A DNA stretch of 64,000 nucleotides from the human T2T-CHM13v2.0 reference genome, Homo sapiens. Positions 40,626-53,426 of this stretch are shown one piece after another. Positions within the stretch are counted from its first letter, which is position 1; each line of letters begins with the position of its first letter. The notes below the pieces were generated by a model that was not told the DNA's origin, made no database searches, and was given only the letters and a program-made list of their open reading frames with translations. Made by a program: the position numbers and the translations under genes. The DNA is taken from assembly GCF_009914755.1 (NCBI RefSeq), contig NC_060927.1. One strand, given 5' to 3'.

Positions 40626-41200
40626 TGTGGGAGGCCAGAATATGCCACTCCCAAACATGCCTTTTTAGCACTGAGATTGTTGAGCTAAAGACAGTTATGA
40701 AGACACAGATGCAGGAAAACTCTCTGTCCTCTATTTGCCTAAAAGTAGGACATAGATTTATAAAGATAAAAGGTATCTTGGTCCCTCTTCTACCAGGGAG
40801 GACAAAGGTTAACCACTGAAGACAACGTGAGACCCTTATGGGCCTGAAGATGGCACCAGAGGAATCGACATGAACAAGCTTTACTTACTGGCCTTTATCT
40901 GCCATTTATTTGCCTTCCTACAAATTGCTGCCCTTAGAGACTTAAATCCTTTTCCTTTATCTTGTCACTTCTTTCAAAATTTACTGTTCTTTGTTGAAGA
41001 TAATATATAAGCTAGAATTCAAAGCCACTTCTTTGAGAACTACTCATTTCCCAGGTATCTCGTATGTATTACATACATATTTAAAAATATACATGTTAAT
41101 TAACTGTTTTTCTCTTGCTAATCTGTTTTATGTTACAAGGGTTCATTCCAACTAAGAACTTAAGAGGATTGAGGGAAAAAATTATTTTTCCTCCCTTACA
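40626..41200 (+). mobile_element. MER34-family ERV1 solo LTR
   Basis: TGTGGGAGGCCAGAATATGCC ... CCTCCCTTACA, with a perfect 4-bp TSD atgc at 40622-40625 and 41201-41204. Confidence 0.85.
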
Positions 41201-41347
41201 ATGCAAACAGGAACTATGTAGAGGCCTGGTTAGAAAAAAGGCAACAGAAAGAACAGTAAAGAGATGAAGAGACAGTCCCTTCACCATTTGAGGTCTGGGA
41301 TTCAATCTTGCCTGCAGATCAACCTCTGGACTCTTCCACTGTGGGAG

Positions 41348-41889
41348 TGTGAAAGGAAAATAAATCTTCAGACCCCCAAATCACTAAGCCAAATGGAAGA
41401 GCCAAGCTCAGAACTGCTTAGGGCAAACCTGCCTCCCATTCTATTCCTAAGAAAGAGAGCTATTAAGATTAAAAAAAATATAGCTACTTATCTCCCTCAC
41501 AAATAATTTCCTTGTGGATAAAGAACAGACAGAACTCAAAGTCATTCTTCTGTTCACTGAGATAAATGCATATCTAACTGCTTTCTTTGGAAAGTTTAAT
41601 CAGAAACTCAAAAGAATGCAACCATTTGTCTCTTACCTACCTATGACCTGGAAGCCCCCTCCCCGCTTTGTGTTGTCTTCCCTTTTTGGACGCAACCAAT
41701 GTACATCTTACATGTACTGATTGATGTCTGAAGTCTCCTTAAAATGTATAAAACCAAGTTGTGCCACAACCACCTTGGGCACATGTTGTCAGGACCTCCT
41801 GAGGCTGTGTCACAGGCGTGCATCATTAACTTTGGCAAAATAAACTTCCTAAATTGACTGAGACCTGTTTCAGATATTTGGGTTCCACA
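41348..41889 (+). mobile_element. MER4A ERV1 solo LTR
   Basis: TGTGAAAGGAAAATAAATC ... ttggcaaaataaac ... GGTTCCACA. TATA-like tgtataaaa near 41745. Flanks ggag/gcag. Confidence 0.88.
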
Positions 41890-44800
41890 GCAGCCTATAA
41901 ATGTGTGACTTGTAACTAATAGGGTCCTCACTCATGTCAATCAAAGTATGCACAAATGAATGATATCTATGGAATATATTTTCCCAACAGAAAAATAAAG
42001 GCTAAGAAAAACTGATGAAGTTACGATATTTCTCAGGAGGTCCTTTAGAATCTCTACATTTCTACAGGACAGACTTAAATATTATCTTGTTCTGGGAGTC
42101 TGGAGTGGCTTCCTAATGTGGGGAAAAAGTAAGTGGGAGGCCCCTACTGGTCCATAATCCTGCCACAGACTCCTGTAATCCTAGCCACAGTAGAGCCTGT
42201 TGACCCTTGAGGGCCGGCCTCAAGGCTAAGACAAGGCGCTGTCTGGAGACTGCGTGAAGGCATGCTGCAGAGAGACAGTTCATGCTCAATCCTACAAACC
42301 ACCAAGTCCTAAGGAGCTGCAGCATGGTGCCATTTTGAGAGTGTTACCCTCACTAAACTGTGTCCTACTCTGCCACTGGGGCTGAGGTGGAAGCCACAGG
42401 TAGTAATCCCATATCCTGCCTCCAGCAGAGGTGTGGCTGTGCATTTTCATGTGTCCCAAGGACAAATTCCACTGCTCATGACCTGGACTGCTACTGCTAC
42501 AGGTTTTCCAGCTGCCATCCTAATGGCTGCTTCCAGAGAAAGCAACCCCAGCCTGCTCAGTAGAAGGACCAAAGTGCAGCTACAGCCACCCCCACCTGCG
42601 CATTTTGCCAGTGGCCTGAGGATCACCTCGTCCTTGTCTACCACAGTTAAGTGCCTGCATGCATCACTGTGGAGGGCCTGAGGGCAGATCTTCCCAGCCT
42701 GGCTTTACAACCCCAGGTACCTGAGCACACTGTCTAGGGGGCTGGGAATCACCCAGCACAGTGCATCACTAGAGGAAACTGGGTATTCCTCTTCGGGTGT
42801 GAGGTGGGGCGTTCTCTACCTGCTGCTACCACAACAGCTGGCACCCACCTGCATGCCACCTGCAGATATGGGGACTGACTACTGCTCAACCCCTTGCAGC
42901 TACTGCCAACACCAGTGTGGACCACTTGGGTCCCAGAGAGTTGTTCTACCACTGCTACTACCATCATTTATGCCACAGTCACTGCCCAGGAACTTGAGAA
43001 CCCACACACCAACCTGATCCCTTGCTGCTATTTCTGGCACCCAAGTAAGCCACTTAGAGGCCCAAGAATTGGCCTGCCTGGACCCACTAACACAGGATCC
43101 AGTGTATGCTGCCCTGGGGCCCAAATACAGGCATGGTCAGCCCACTGCTGCCACTATTGAGGTCCGGAGACTGGCTCACCTGGCATCCCAGTTCCCAGCA
43201 AAACTTCACTAAGTCTTCACTAACAAACATATCTTAAGCCACTGAGGAAATAACAGACACCACTGACACTGTTTATAGCCCAAGATATCATACAGAGACT
43301 ACACTACTGCATGCACCCAGAATCAAAGCCAAGTGTCCCACCCAACCAACACCATAGATACATATTCAGGAAAAATTTCTCCCCAATAAAAGCACATTCA
43401 AATTATTGGAAGAAGTGACAGTTACACCAGATGTGCAGATAATCAATGTCAGGATCCAGAAAACATAAAAAAGTAAAGAAATATGACAACTCCATAGGAA
43501 CAGGATAATTATTCAGCAACAGATCCCAATCAAAAAGAAATTCATAAAGTCCTGGAAACAGAATTCAAAATATTGATATTAAAGATGCTCAATGAAATAC
43601 AAGATAATTCTGAAAAACAATATAAAAATATCAGAAAAACAATTCAGGATATGAGTGAGAAATTTACCAAAGGGACAGATATCATAAAAAGGAACCAAAC
43701 ACACATAGACTAAAAATAAAGGGATGGAAAAGAATATTCCATGCAAATGGAAACCAAAGGTGGGCAGGAGTAACTATGCTTATATCAAATAGAATAGACT
43801 TTAAGCAAAACACTAAAAGAAGACAAACAAGGTCACTGTAATGATAAAATGATCAATTCAGCTAGAGGATACAACCATCTAAATATCTGTGCACCCAACA
43901 TCAGAGCACACAGATATATAAAGCAAATATTAGTAGATAGAAAATTCTGGAATTAAAAATTCATTGAATGAAATAGAAAATACATTTCAAAGCTTCATCA
44001 ACAGACTAGATCGAGCAGAAGAAAGAATCTCAGAACTGAAAGGTAGCTATTTTGAAATGACCCAGTCTGACAAAAATAAAAAAGAATAAAAAAGAAGGAG
44101 CAAAACATTCATGACTTATAGGACACCATAAAGTGACCAAATATTTGAATTTTGGGTGTCCCAGAAGGTGAAGAGGAGATGAAAGGGTTAGAAAAATCTA
44201 TTTAGCAAATTGATAATGGAAAAATTCCAAATTCTAGCAAGAGATTCAGATATCCAGATACAAGTTCAGAGATCCCCAAACAGGTATAATTCAAAAAGCT
44301 CTTCTCCCTGGCACAGTATAGTAAAAAATGTCAAAAATCAAAAACAAAGAGAGAATTATAAAACCAGCAAGATAAATGCATCTAGTCATTTATAAGGGAA
44401 CCCCTATCAGACTAACAGTGGATTTCTCAGCAGAAACTTTACAGGCCAGGAGAGAATGGGATGATATATTCAAAGAGTTGAAAGATTTAAAAAAACTGTC
44501 AGCCAAGGATACTATACCCAGCAAAATATCCTTCATAAATGAAAGAGAAGTAAATAAAATCTTTGTCAGACAAGCAAAAGCTGAGGGAATTTGTCACCAC
44601 TAGACCAGCCCTACAAGCAATGCTTAAGGAAGTCTCACACCTGGAAGTGAAAGAACAATTACTATTGTCATGAAAACACACAAATATATAAAAAACACTG
44701 GTAGGGTAAACAAACAAAGAAGATAAAATGTTATGATTACAGAATATCACCAAGCCACAATGGTAAATAGTAAGAGCAAAATAAAGGAACAAAGGATATG

Positions 44801-47800
44801 TAAAACAACGGAAAATCAAGTAATGAAATAACAGAAATAAGCCCACATGTGTCAGTAATAACCTTGAATGTGAATGAATTAATGTTTCCATTTAAAAGGT
44901 ATAGACTGGCTGAATGAATAAAAAAAAAGATCCAAGTATATGCTGCCTACAAGAATCTCATCTTATCTGTAAAGAAACATATAGACTGAAAATAAAGGGA
45001 TGAAAAAGGATATTTCACACAAATGGAAGCCAAAAGTAAGCAGGATTAGCTATGCTTATATCACACAGAACAGATTTTAAGATAAAAACACTAAAAAGAG
45101 ACAAACGAGATCATTATGTAATGACAAAAGTAAGCTAGAAGATATAACTATCTAAATATATATGCAGCCAACATCTGAACACCTAGATATGTAATGCAAA
45201 TATTACTAAATCTAAAGGGAGAGATAGACTCCAATATAATAATAGCTGGGAATTTCAACACCCCACTCCCAGCATTAGTCAGATCATCTAGACAGAAAAT
45301 TAATTTAAAAAACCCACTGGATTTGAATTACACATTAGACCAAATGAACCCAACGGAAATTTAAAGAACATTTCATTCAACAGCTACAGAATAGATATCC
45401 TTCTAATCAGCACACACAACATTCTCCAGGATAGAATATATATTAGAATATAAAATAAGTGTCAATACATTTTTAAACATCAAAATCTTATTCAGTATCT
45501 TCTCAGACAACAATAGAGTAAACCTAGAAATCAATAACAAGAGGAACTCTGGAAACTGTACAAATACATGGGAATTAAACAACATACTTTTGAATGACCA
45601 CTGGATCAAAGAAAAAGTTACAGAGGAAATAAAACATTTCTTGAAAAAAACAAAATAAAAACACAGTGTACCAAAACCTATGGAATACAGCAAAAGTGGT
45701 GCTGAGAGAAGTTTACAGCAATGAACATCTACATCAAAAAAGTAGCAAATAAAATAAAAGTAGATTTCAAATAACCAATCTAATGATGCACTTTTAGGAA
45801 CTAGAAAAGCAAGAACAAACCAAATCTAAAATTAATAGAAGGAAAGAAATAATAAAGATCAGAGAAGAACTAAATGAACTGGATGCTAAAAAATAATAAA
45901 AAGGATCAACAAAACAAAAAGTTGGCTTTTTGAAAGATAAAATTGATAAACCACTTGCTAGACTAGCCATAAAAAGAGAATACCCAAATAAAATCAGAAA
46001 TGAAACAGAAGATATTACAATTGTTACCATGGAAATACAAAAGATCATTAGAGACTATTATGAACAACTATACAATAACAAACTAGAAAACCTAGAAGAA
46101 ATGGATAAATTCCTAAACACATACAAACTATCAAGATTAAATCAAGAAGAAACAGAAACCTGAACAGAACAATAACAAGTTATGAGACTGAATCAGTAAT
46201 AAAAAGTCTACCAATGAAGAAAAGTCCAGTACCAGATGGCTTCACTGCCAAATTCCACCAAGCTTTCAAAGAACATGAATTCTTCTTGAACTATCCCAAA
46301 AATTGGAAAAGGAGAGAATTCTCCCTGACTCATTCTATGAGACCAGCATCACCATACCAAAATCAGACAATGACACAACAAAGATAAGAAAACTAGAGGC
46401 CAATATCCGTGATGAATATAGATGCAAAAATTCTCAACTCAATACTGGCAAACTGAATCCAACATTATATTAAAAAAATTAATATACAAAGATCAAGCGG
46501 GATTTATCCTAGGGATGCAAGGATCAACCTATGCAAATCAGTAAATGTGATACATCGCATTAACAGAATGAAGAAATGATCTATGAAGAATGAAGGTTTA
46601 TAATCAACTCAATAGATGCAGAAGTAGCATTTGACAAAATTCAACATCCCTTCATGATAAAAACAACAAACTAGGCATAGAAATAATATACTTCAAAATA
46701 ATAAAGGCCATATATGACACACCCAGAGCTAACATCATACTGAATAGGGAAAAGCTGGAAGCCTTTCCCCTAAGAACTAGAACAAGACAAGGATGCCCAC
46801 TTTTACCACTCCTGTTCAACGTAATACTGGAAGTCCTAGCCAGAGTAATCAGGCAAAAGGAAAAAATAAAGGCATCTAAATTGGAAAAGTATAAGTCAAA
46901 TTGTTCCTGTTTGCTAATGATATAATCTTAACTCTAGAAAAACCTAAAGACTCCAGAAAAACTCTAAGATTTGATAAATTCAGTAAAGTTGAAGGATACA
47001 AAGTCAACATACAAATATTAGTATCATTTCTATACACCAATAATGAACTAGCTAAGAAATAAGAAAGCAATTCCATTTACAAGAGCTACAAAAATATCTG
47101 GGAATAAATTTAACCAAGGATGTGAAGAATTTCCATAAGGAAAACTACAAAACACTGATGAAAGAAATTGAAAAGGATATAAACAAATGGAAAGACAGCC
47201 CATGATCATGGATTGGAAGAATTAATATTATTAAAATGACTGTAATGCCAAAAGCAATCTACAGATTCAATGCAATCTCTATCAAAATGCCAATGTCATT
47301 TTTCACAAAAAGAAAAAAATCCTAAAGTTTGTATTCAGCCACGTAAGAACCTGAATAGCAAAAGAAATTTTGAGCAAAAAACAAAACAAAACAAAACAAA
47401 AACAAAGCTGTGAGGCATCATATTACCTGACTTCAAAATATATTACAAGGCTATAGTAACCAAACAGCATGGTATTGGTATAAAAAGAGACATATAGACC
47501 AATGGAACAGAATAGGGAATCCAGAAATAAATCCATATATTTAATAGTCAACTGATTTCCAACAAAGATGCCAAGAACATACATTCAGGAAAGGATAACC
47601 CCTTCAATAAATGGTGCTGGGAAAATTGGATATCCATATGCAGAAGAATAAAACTAGATGCCTACTTCTCATCATATACAAAAATCAACTCAAGATGGAT
47701 TCAAGACTTAAATCTAAGACCTGAAAACATAAAACTGGTAGAAAAAAACAGGAAAAACACCTCAAGACACTGGTATAGGCAAAAATGTTATGGCCAAGTC

Positions 47801-48261
47801 CTCAAAAGCACAAACAAAACCAAAAATAGATAAATAGGACTATATTAAATAAAAAAGCTTCTGCACAGCAAAACAGAAGAACAAAAACCAACCAACCAAA
47901 CAAAAAACAAGAGTGAAGAGACAACCTGTTGAATGAAAGAAAATAAAAATATTTGCAAACTACTCATTTGACAAGAGAATATCCAGAATATACAAAGAAC
48001 TCAGCAAGAAGAAACCAAATTATCCCATTAAAACATGTGCAAAAACCACGAATACATATTTTTCAAAAGAAGACATACAAACGGCCAACAGATATATGAA
48101 AAAGTACTGAACATCAGTAATCGTCAGGGAAATGTAAATCAAAACCACAATGAGATATCGTCTGACCCCAGTCAGAATGGCTATTACTAAAAAAACAAAA
48201 CAAAACAAAACCCCAAAAACAAAAAACATGATGGCAAGGATGTGGAGAAAGGGTATTCCTT

Positions 48262-49211
48262 ATTTTTTCAACTTTTATTTTAGATTCAGGGGATACATGT
48301 GCAGATTTGTTATGTGGGTATATTGTGTGATGCTGAGGTTTGGGGTATGAATGATCCCATTATGCAGGTACTGAGCATGGTACACAATAGTTCTTTAAAC
48401 CCTTGCCTCCTTCCCTCCCTTCCACCACTAGGGGTACCTATTGTTTCTATTGTTGCCATTTTTTTTTTTTAAGACAGCGCCTTACTCTGTTGCCCAGGCT
48501 GAAGTGCGGCAGCAGTGTGATCTTGTTGCCATTTTTATGTCCATGGGTATCCAGTGTTTAGTGCCCACTTATGAGTGAGAACATATGGTATTGGTTTTCT
48601 ATTCCTGGGTTAATTTGCTTAGGATAATGACCTCCAGCTGCACCCATGTTGCTAAAAAGGACATGATTTCATTCTTTTTTATGGCTGCACAGTACTCCAT
48701 CATGTATATGTACCAAATATTCCATGATACATATACATCATGAAAGACTATAGCAACAATAGAAACTGGGGACTACTATAGGTAGAAGGAAGGGAGGGAG
48801 GCAAGGGTTAAAAAAACTATTGAGTTCTATGCTCAGTACCTGCGTAATGGGATCATTCATACCCCAAACCTCAGCATCATGCAATATACCCACGTAACAA
48901 ATCTGCACATGTATCCTCTGAATCTAAAATAAAAGCCATAGGTAGGAATGAGATAATATTCTTTATTCAGTCCACTGTTCATGGACACCTAGGTTGACTA
49001 CATGTATTTGCTATTGTGAATAGTGCTGTGATGAACATGACAGCGCATGTGTCTTTTTGGAAGAATGGTTTGTTTGCTTTTGGATATATACCCAGTAATG
49101 AGACTGCTGGGTCAAATGGTAGTTCTGTTTGAAGTTCTTGAGAAATGTCCAAACTGCTTTCCACAGTCGCTGAACTAACTTATATTCCCACCAAAAGTAT
49201 ATAAGCTTTCT
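48262..49211 (-). mobile_element. L1PB-type 3' fragment nested in the L1MA element
   Basis: caacttttattttagattcaggggatacatgtgcag 3' end. The host L1 resumes at 49212 with a degenerate duplication (gaaagggtattccttat / gaaaaggggaagtcttat). Confidence 0.8.
48464..48522 (-). mobile_element. Extremely 5'-truncated Alu (about 50 nt plus tail) with TSD
   Basis: T-run + aagacagcgccttactctgttgcccaggctgaagtgc. TSD ttgttgccattttt at 48450-48463 and 48523-48536. Confidence 0.85.
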
Positions 49212-50116
49212 GAAAAGGGAAGTCTTATAAACTGTTGGTAGTAATGTAAATTAGTACAGCCACTATGGAAAACAGTATGAGAGATTTCTCAAAAAGCTAA
49301 AAACAGAACTACCATTCGATCCAGCAATCCCACGACTGGGTATTTATCCAAAGGAAAAGAAATCAGTATATCAAAGGGATACCTGCACTTACCTGTTTAT
49401 TGCGGCACTATTCACAATAGCAAAGATAAGGAATCAACCTAAGTGTCCATCAACGAATGAATGGATAAAGAAAATATGGTATACATACACAATATACTAT
49501 TGTTCTCTTTTATGGCTGAATACTATTATTGTCTTTGCAGCAACATGGGTGGGACCAGAGGTCGTTATGTTAAGTGAAATAAACCAAGCACAGAAAGACA
49601 AATACCTCATGTTCTCACTCATATGTGAGAGTTCAAAAAGTGGATCTCATGGAGGTAGAGAGTAGAATGATAGATACCGGAGGCTGGGAAGGCTGTGTGG
49701 GTAGGAGCGGGGATGAAGACAGGTTTGTTAATGGGTATAAACATACAATTAGATAGAAGGTATAAATTCCAAAGTTTGATAGCAGAGTAAGGTAACTATA
49801 TTTAGCAAAAATGTATATGTCAAAGTAGCTAGAAGGGAGGACTTGAAATGATACCAACACACAGAAATGATAAATATTCAAGATGGATACCCCAAATATT
49901 CTGTCTTGGTCATCACACATTCCATACATGTAACAAAAGATCATATGTACTCCATAAATGTAAAATATTATGTATCGGTTTAAAACAGAAAAAAAACTAT
50001 CTTTTTACCCACCAGAAGGATACACATAGAATGAAGACCTCATCTCTGATAAACACAGCATCATTGAAGATGTAGGGGAAGTAACTGCCTCCCTCCCATA
50101 ACGGGTTTGCTTCATA

Positions 50117-50630
50117 TGGAAGGAAACCAAAATATGTCCCCCAAAATATGCTTCCGTGACCTAAAAATTGTTTTCGAGCCAAAGGCAATTAAGAAGAAGC
50201 AAACACAGGAAAAACTCTCTCTACTTTCCCTCTTATCTGCCTAAAGACAGGATATCAAGTCTCCTTTACTGGAGACAACTCTAGACTTTTAGGAGCTCAG
50301 AGATGGCCACAGAGGAATCTGCAAGGAAACCTCACTCCATTGGTTTCCTCCCATATATTTACCTTCTCACAGTTTCTGGCCCTTGAAAGCCAAAAACTGC
50401 TTACATTTGTCCTGTTGTTTCTCCACAAATGTACTGTTCTTTGTGAAAGATGTTACGTAAGCCAGAGTTCTAAGCCACTGCTTTGAGTTACTTTTCATTG
50501 AGGTTTCTCCCACAGGATGTGTGCTGCAAATGTTAATAAACTCGTTTTTCTCTTGCTAATCCTTCTTTTATTACAGGGTCCATCCCAACTAACAACTCAT
50601 GGAGGTTGTAGAAAATTATATTTCCTCCGT
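50117..50630 (+). mobile_element. MER34-family ERV1 solo LTR
   Basis: accaaaatatgtcccccaaaatatg ... gagccaaaggcaattaagaagaagca ... aataaactcgtttttctcttgctaatc. Confidence 0.75.
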
Positions 50631-50785
50631 GGTGATATCTTTGAAAACATTAAGAAAATTACTTGAATGCCTGCTCTATCCCACTTTATATTTGTGTTCT
50701 AGGTATTCACAAGAGTGGTATCAAAAACACAGAGTCTCTGCTCCCATGGAGCTTACAATCCAGAGATGGAGGCAGACAGTAAATA

Positions 50786-51453
50786 CAGTAGTCCCTCCTT
50801 GTCCTTGGTTTTATTTTCTGTGGTTTTAGCTACCTGAGGTCAATCATGGTCCAAAAATATTAAATGGAAAATTTCAGCAATAAACAATTCATAAATTTTA
50901 AATCAAGTACTGTTCTGAATTTGTGAAATCTTGTGCTGTCCCTGTCTGTCTTGTCCCAGACCTGAATCCCTTTTCTGGTGTATCCACACCCATTAGTTTC
51001 TTAGTAGCCGTCTCCATTATCAGATCGTCCGTGATAGTATCACAGTGCTTGTGTTCAAGTAACTCTTATTTTACTAAATAATGGCCCCAAAGAGCAAGAA
51101 TAGTGATGTTGGCAATTAAGATATGCCAAAGAGAAGCTTCAAAGTGTTTCCTTTAAGTAAAAACCGCAAAAGTTCCCGACTTAATAAGGAAAGAAAAAAA
51201 TCATATACTGAGGTTGCTAAGATCTATGGTAAGAATAAATCTGTGAAGTTATGAACAGTATATTACTATAATTGTTCTATTTTATTATTATTCTTGTTAA
51301 TATCTTACTGTGTCAATTTATAAATTAACTTTATCATAGGTATGCATATATAGAAAAAAATATAGCATATATAGGGTTTGGCACTATCTGTCGTTTTAGA
51401 CATCCACTGGAGTCTTGGAATGTACCCCCTGTAGATAAGGGGGGGCATTACTG
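50786..51453. mobile_element. MER44 (Tigger7-derived) DNA transposon
   Basis: TIRs cagtagtccctccttgtcc / gataagggggggcattactg, with a TA duplication on both sides. Confidence 0.85.
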
Positions 51454-51625
51454 TAAATATACAAAGAAAGAATATTATTTCAGATAGAAAACAGTGCTAT
51501 AAAAATATAAAAGTAATTTTATATAAAAGTAATTTTAAAAATAAAAAGATTTGATGAGTATTTCTTATTAACAGCTCTAGCACAGAGTAACGCTGATACA
51601 AGATTTCATAAAAACTCCAATTCAT

Positions 51626-51939
51626 CATTCTCAGTAAACTATCGCAAGAACAAAAAACCAAACACTGCATATTCTCACTCATAGGTGGGAATTGAACAAT
51701 GAGATCACATGGACACAGGAAGGGGAACATCACACTCTGGGGACTGTTGTGGGGTGGGGGGAGGGGGGAGGGATAGCATTGGGAGATATACCTAATGCTA
51801 GATGACGAGTTAGTGGGTGCAGCACACCAGCATGGCACATGTATACGTATGTAACTAACCTGCACAATGTGCACATGTACCCTAAAACTTAAAGTATAAT
51901 AAAAAAGAATAAATTAAAAAACCAACAAACAAACAAACA
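51626..51939 (+). mobile_element. Young 5'-truncated LINE-1 (L1PA2-type)
   Basis: Diagnostics gagatcacatgg, cattgggagat and gctagatgacGAGttagtggg (not the Ta ACA). Perfect 16-bp TSD aaaaactccaattcat at 51610-51625 and 51940-51955. Confidence 0.92.
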
Positions 51940-51956
51940 AAAAACTCCAATTCATT

Positions 51957-52604
51957 GTGTTAATTAGTTCAACCATGGTGGAGGACAGTGTGGCGATTCC
52001 TCAAGGATCTAGAACCAGAAATACCATTTGACCCAGCAATCCCATTACCGAGTATATACCCAAAGGATTATAAATCATTCTACTATAAAGATGCACATGC
52101 ATGTTTATTGCAGCACTATTTACAATAGCAAAGACTTGGAACCAACTCAAATGCCCATCAATGATAGAATGGATTAAGAAAATGTGGCATGTATACACCA
52201 TGAAATACTATGCAGCCATAAAAACGGATGAGTTCATGTCCTTTGCAGGGACATGGATGAAGCCGGACACCATCATTCTCAGCAAATTAACACACAAACA
52301 GGAAACCAAACACTGCATGTTCTCACTCATAAGTGGGAGTTGAACAATGAGAACACACAGACACAGGGAGGGGAACATCACACACTGGGGCCTGTTGGGG
52401 GGTGGGGTGCTAGGGGAGGGATAGCATTAGGAGAAACACCTAATGTAGATGATGGGTTGATAGGTGCAGCAAACCACCATGGCATGTGTATACCTATACA
52501 TATATAACAAACCTGCATGTTCTGCACATTTGTCCCAGAACTTAAAGTACAATTTAAAAAAAAAAAAGAGGAAGAAAACACTAAAAAACAAAGCAAAACA
52601 AAAC
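51957..52604 (+). mobile_element. 5'-truncated LINE-1 (L1PA7-type)
   Basis: ORF2 C-terminus (ORF 52101..52343) and 3'UTR cctaatgtagatgatgggttgataggtgcagcaaaccaccatgg. TSD aaaactccaattcattg / aaaactccaactcactg. Confidence 0.9.
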
Positions 52605-53249
52605 AAAACTCCAACTCACTGCATACAGACAGATTCTGAGCACGCAGTGAGAAAGGGAACCACAGCATGGTTGATTTGGGGCCGTCTATTGGAGATGGAT
52701 GTTTCTAATATAATGGGCCCCTCAGATGAACAAATTAAATTCACATTTAAACCACGGTTACCGGGGAAATCCTATTGGTGAGAATCCACAGACATTTTTG
52801 AGCTTCTAATGTGGACAGCGCTGTATGAGAAGTAATGGGGAGCAAATGGGGAATCAACGAGAAAAATTTCTTACCTTTAGTTTATCACCTCAACTTCTAG
52901 CACGACTTTCCTAAATCTCAGCAAGACGTGGCTGGTCACAAAATGGGATGCTAACATATTCCCGTGCTGCATGTCTGGATGAACACATGGCTAGGCTGGG
53001 ATTGTAGCAACAGCAATGACTACCACCACCACAGTGGAAAACACTTTGACAATCCAATGTGGAACTGTATATTAGACACACATTTAGGGCACTAATCTAG
53101 TATATAAATTGCACAGTTTTTAATCTCAGCTTAAACTTCCTTTTAGCCTTGTGACCTTTGAGCCAAACTCTGTGTCTCTTGTTTCCACATCTGGAATATG
53201 GGAATAAGAGAACTGACCCTACTGGGTTGTAGCAGGGATTAAATAAACT

Positions 53250-53426
53250 AGTCATCCCTCAGTAGGAGTGGGGATTAGGTTTCAGTTCCCCCTCCCCACA
53301 TATACCAAAATCCTCAAGTTGGCCATGCAGAACCCACATATATGAAAAATGGGTTGGAAAAAATCTGTGTCATAATTTGTAAGGGAACCCATATAGTTCA
53401 AACCCATGTTGTTCAAGGGTCAACTG
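53250..53426. mobile_element. MER8 (Tigger family) MITE, internally deleted, inserted in a MIR (about 53090-53500)
   Basis: Ends gttcaaacccatgttgttcaagggtcaactg|ta. MIR core sequence on both sides. Confidence 0.7.

Larger units (their letters stand above)
42090..49997 (+). mobile_element. Near full-length old LINE-1 (L1MA4-type 3' end, L1M2-type 5' end), heavily degraded, with nested insertions
   Basis: GC-rich 5'UTR at about 42090-43480. ORF1 remnants (PIRLTVDFSAETLQARREW). ORF2 remnants from about 44822. L1MA-type 3'UTR ggaggtagagagtagaatga ... tattatgtatc. Confidence 0.88.

Noticed and set aside
42113-43160. Cluster of GC-rich ORFs suggesting an exon or CpG island
   Set aside because: It is the decayed 5'UTR of the old L1 and is CpG-depleted.
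51626-51939. Human-specific L1HS-Ta insertion
   Set aside because: The diagnostic trinucleotide is GAG, not ACA or ACG, which fits L1PA2.
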